Of a stretch of 64,000 nt of DNA, positions 61,260 through 64,000 are shown piece by piece (positions within the stretch are counted from its first letter, which is position 1; each line of letters opens with the position of its first letter). This stretch comes from an uncultured delta proteobacterium (lineage in GTDB: Bacteria; Desulfobacterota; RBG-13-43-22). The notes under the pieces were generated by a model. That model had not been told where the DNA came from. It searched no databases and saw nothing but the letters and a program-made list of their open reading frames with translations. The stretch is from contig CAVUPH010000032.1 of NCBI GenBank assembly GCA_963743305.1, positions 32,001-96,000 on the forward strand. Direction: 5' to 3'. A program made the position numbers and the translations under genes.

Positions 61260-62583
61260 CTAACAAAATCCGAACATTTCCGTAAAAGTGAAGTTGGTCC
61301 CCACCAGGGGTATCCCGGTCATGGCGCAGGCCTCCAGAGTCAGGGAGCGGATGTCTTCCCGTTCCAGATTGGCCAGCTTGGTCTTCCCGGCGGCCTTGGC
61401 CAGGAGAACGGTCTCGTAAGTCATGGCCTGAATATAGTTGGCCACCCGTTGCGCCGCCGCCTCGATGTCCAGGTTCTTTCGCAATTCCGGGTCCTGGGTT
61501 CCGATCCCCCAGGGGCATTTTCCCTCGTGGCAGCGGAGGCAGACCACGCAGCCCATGGCGATCATGGCCCCGGTTCCGATGGCCACGGCATCGGCGCCGA
61601 TGGCCAAGGCCTTGGCTACATCGGCCCCGTCTTTGATCCCGCCGGAGACGATCAGACTCACCTCATCTTTGACGCCCATCTCCTCCAGGGCCCGGACGGC
61701 CTGGACCAGGGCCGGCAGGGTGGGGATCCCCAGGTGTTTGGAAGCCATGACCGGGGCGGCCCCGGTGCCGCCTTCGGAACCGTCGATGACGACGCCGTCG
61801 GCGCCGGTCTTGACGGCGATCTTGACGTCTTCCTTAACCCGGCCGGCGGCCATCTTGATGAAGATGGGGATCTGATAGTCGGTCACGTCCCGCAGTTCCT
61901 GGATCTTCAAGACCATATCGTCGGCCCCGAAAATATCCCCATGGCGGGGATGACTGTGCAGGTCAATACCTTCCGGCAACTGCCGGAATTGCGCAATTTC
62001 CTTGGTGATTTTACTGCCCATCAGGTGTCCGGAAAGACCGGGTTTGGCGCCGATGCCGGTGATCAGCTCCAGGGCATCAGCGGCCTCGATGTTGGTCAGG
62101 GAAAAGCCCATCCGGCTGGGGGTGATCTGCACCACCTGTTTATAGGAATTCGCTCGTTCTTCGGGAAGCAACCCGCCTTCTCCATTGTTGATCGAGGTCC
62201 CCACGATCTGGGTGGACTTGGCCAGAGCGATTTTGGCCTCTTTGCTCAAGGCCCCATAAGACATGCCGGAAATCATGATCGGCGTTTCAATGACCAGGGG
62301 TTTTTTGGCGAAGCGAGCCCCCAGGACCGTCCGGGTCTGGCAGTCCTCCCGGTAGGTGTCCACCGACAAACGGGAGAGCTGGGCCGCCAGGATGAGCAGG
62401 TCGTCGAAATTGGGATAGCGGGCTGGTGGAACCACATCCCCGTATCCGGTGCTTACCCGTATAGGCCTTGTATTTGACCTCGGCCACCGTTTCCGCATTC
62501 CAGACCCCGCGCTGGACATCCTTGGCCTTGGGCACCTTCCCTTTTTCCTCCTGGTATTGCTTATATTCTTTTTCCTCGGACAT
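61260..62583 (-). CDS. FMN-binding glutamate synthase-like subunit (GlxD/MgsC-like or archaeal-type GltS), frameshift near 62420
   Basis: FDDL, SGMSYGALS, GEGG, GAKPG..GHL, DGSEGGTGA, SGGI, C..CHEGKCPWGI.TQDPEL. The N-terminus MSEEK.. is in the adjacent frame. Confidence 0.87.
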
Positions 62584-62585
62584 GG

Positions 62586-63290
62586 CTACCTCCCCGGCTG
62601 AACCTGAAGATGTTGGGGTTTGAAGAGGTAATATTCGTGGCGGCCCAGGACCTTCGGAACCACACTCCGGAAGTGGTCCACCCCCTGCTCCAGACCATAC
62701 TGCTTGAAAAGGCCTTCCAGCGCCTTTTTTTCTTCATCGGAAATGGGGATGATCGAGGCGTTTCCGCCCAGTTTGTCTTCCACCGCGGGGTCCAGGGTGT
62801 GAATGATGCCGTTGTACATGGACTCCCCAATAACCGGCCCCATTTCCCCGAGGACGATGATCCGTCCCCCCAGGGTCATGTATCCGGTCCACCGGCCCAC
62901 ACTGCCGCAAATGATGAGGTTGCCGCCTTTCATCCCCAGGCCGGCCCGGGTGCCGCTGTTTCCTTTGACCAGGATGGTACCCCCGAGCATGGAAGGGCCG
63001 CAGTTGCTGCCGGTGTTCATCTCGACGATGATCTCCCCGGCCTTCATGTTGTCACCGGTGTACCAGCCGGTATTCCCCTTGACGTGCAGGGTCGGACCTT
63101 CCAGGAACCCACCGGTGTAGAAACCGGTGCTGCCCTCGACGGTGACGGTGCCTTCCCCTTTTAAGGCTGTAGCGAAATTGTGGACCGAGTGGGAATTCTT
63201 GATAACGATTTCCCGGTCCTGCTTAATGGTTTCCCTCAGTTTTCGGTTTACATCCCAACTGGTCATCCCGGCAATGTCTAAATTGACCAT
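62586..63290 (-). CDS. GXGXG beta-helix subunit (GlxC/MgsB/GltB domain 3-like)
   Basis: Repeated V.G..G..G..M.GG turns. Confidence 0.87.
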   Translation of the reverse strand: MVNLDIAGMTSWDVNRKLRETIKQDREIVIKNSHSVHNFATALKGEGTVTVEGSTGFYTGGFLEGPTLHVKGNTGWYTGDNMKAGEIIVEMNTGSNCGPSMLGGTILVKGNSGTRAGLGMKGGNLIICGSVGRWTGYMTLGGRIIVLGEMGPVIGESMYNGIIHTLDPAVEDKLGGNASIIPISDEEKKALEGLFKQYGLEQGVDHFRSVVPKVLGRHEYYLFKPQHLQVQPGR

Positions 63291-64000
63291 ACCTTTACTC
63301 CTCCTGGCTCCATCTCGGTGGCATACACATCCGAGACGATCGGGGTTAAGCAGATTTGCTCCGACCCAAATAGTACGGTCCCGTCTTCCCTTTCAAAGTA
63401 GAGCACCGGTTTAAAACCCAACCAATCCCGAAAGGCCCCTATCTGTTTATCCGTGCTGGCCAGGATGGTGAACACCCCGTCAAAGGCCTCCAGGGCCTGG
63501 TGCATGGCCCCTTCCAGGTCCTGTCCTTTTTCTTTCATCTGGTACGCGAGATACTGGGCCGCCAGCTCGGAGTCATTATTGGTCTTGAAGCGGACCCCCT
63601 TATTTTCCAGACTCCGCCGCATCTTGAAATAGTTGGTAAACTGGCCGTTATGGACTATAGCCAATTCCGGATAGAGGTAGGAGATAAAAGGATGGGCGAA
63701 GTTGATGTTTTCCACCGTCTCGGTAGCCAGGCGCACATGCCCGATACCGTGGGTGCAGGTTCCTACGCGGATCTCATGGGTGCGCTGCAGGTCTTCGGCC
63801 GAACCCTGGTCTTTGTAGACCTTCAAGTGTTGGCCCAGGGAGTGCACACATAATTGGGGATGACTGTCTATGTCCCAATGGAGCCGGCCGATCTGGGAAG
63901 GATCCATGTCGATGGATCCTTCATAAAAGCTGAAGATCCCCTCGCCATGGTAGCTGCGGGCCTTACGGACTTTGCCGAACATGGCGATGATCTCCTCCAG
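63278..64000 (-). CDS. Class II glutamine amidotransferase-like subunit (GlxB/MgsA-like), 5' end outside window
   Basis: GIGHVRLATE, AHPF, VHNGQ..NY, NDSE, DG.F, RD.LG.KP. Confidence 0.87.
   Translation of the reverse strand: MEEIIAMFGKVRKARSYHGEGIFSFYEGSIDMDPSQIGRLHWDIDSHPQLCVHSLGQHLKVYKDQGSAEDLQRTHEIRVGTCTHGIGHVRLATETVENINFAHPFISYLYPELAIVHNGQFTNYFKMRRSLENKGVRFKTNNDSELAAQYLAYQMKEKGQDLEGAMHQALEAFDGVFTILASTDKQIGAFRDWLGFKPVLYFEREDGTVLFGSEQICLTPIVSDVYATEMEPGGVKVWSI

Noticed and set aside
47623-62477. Long plus-strand ORFs opposite the BMC genes (e.g. 47623-48750, 59731-60858, 61245-62477)
   Set aside because: These are antisense shadows of GC-rich genes with no recognisable motifs.
9623-62583. 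Many split genes (livH/M/G, amidohydrolase, hcrA, dctQ, RND, DUF1329, DUF1302, BMC-T, flavoprotein, pduT, pduS, FMN subunit) read as pseudogenes or programmed frameshifts
   Set aside because: The breaks I examined are isolated single-base indels, mostly +1, with intact motifs on both sides and no shared slippery motif. Long-read consensus error is the simplest explanation. Raw reads would be needed to exclude real decay.
1-64000. Mobile elements, tRNA or rRNA genes
   Set aside because: No transposase, integrase, phage gene or structural RNA signature was recognised.

Overview
A bacterial window, probably from an anaerobic Desulfobacterota-like organism. This is inferred from a sigma-54 system, multiheme cytochromes, a likely selenoprotein and lineage-typical short repeats. 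About 15 genes are broken by single-base indels that look like long-read assembly errors, so they are reported as reconstructed single CDSs. Left part (+ strand): M24 peptidase, adenine deaminase, and a PAS kinase/sigma-54 regulator pair with a matching -24/-12 promoter. That promoter precedes a 4-hydroxybenzoyl-CoA-reductase-like (HcrBCA-like) molybdoenzyme operon, which is interrupted by a Liv-type ABC transporter plus amidohydrolase between remnants of a duplicated hcrC/hcrA. A TRAP transporter, a PaaK-like CoA ligase and a USP follow. Middle: a C_GCAxxG_C_C protein with an in-frame UGA and SECIS-like hairpin, a radical SAM protein, two multiheme cytochromes and a split Rieske/cytochrome b module. 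Right part (- strand, 32-64 kb): amidase, APC permeases, two Rid paralogs bracketing a DUF1302/DUF1329/YCF48/RND cassette, and a C45 hydrolase. The most interesting feature is a bacterial microcompartment (BMC) locus of more than 16 kb. It encodes BMC-H, GrpU-like, BMC-P, PduT-like and two stacked BMC-T shell proteins, PduS-like, EutJ and two atypical acylating aldehyde dehydrogenases. Its apparent signature enzymes are not a known lyase. They are a split glutamate-synthase-like trio (MgsABC/GlxBCD-like) and a modular sarcosine/opine/proline-dehydrogenase-like flavo-Fe-S complex, one subunit of which carries an encapsulation-peptide-like helix. The hypothesis is an alkylamine-oxidising (possibly methylamine/formaldehyde) microcompartment. 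The locus runs off the right edge.
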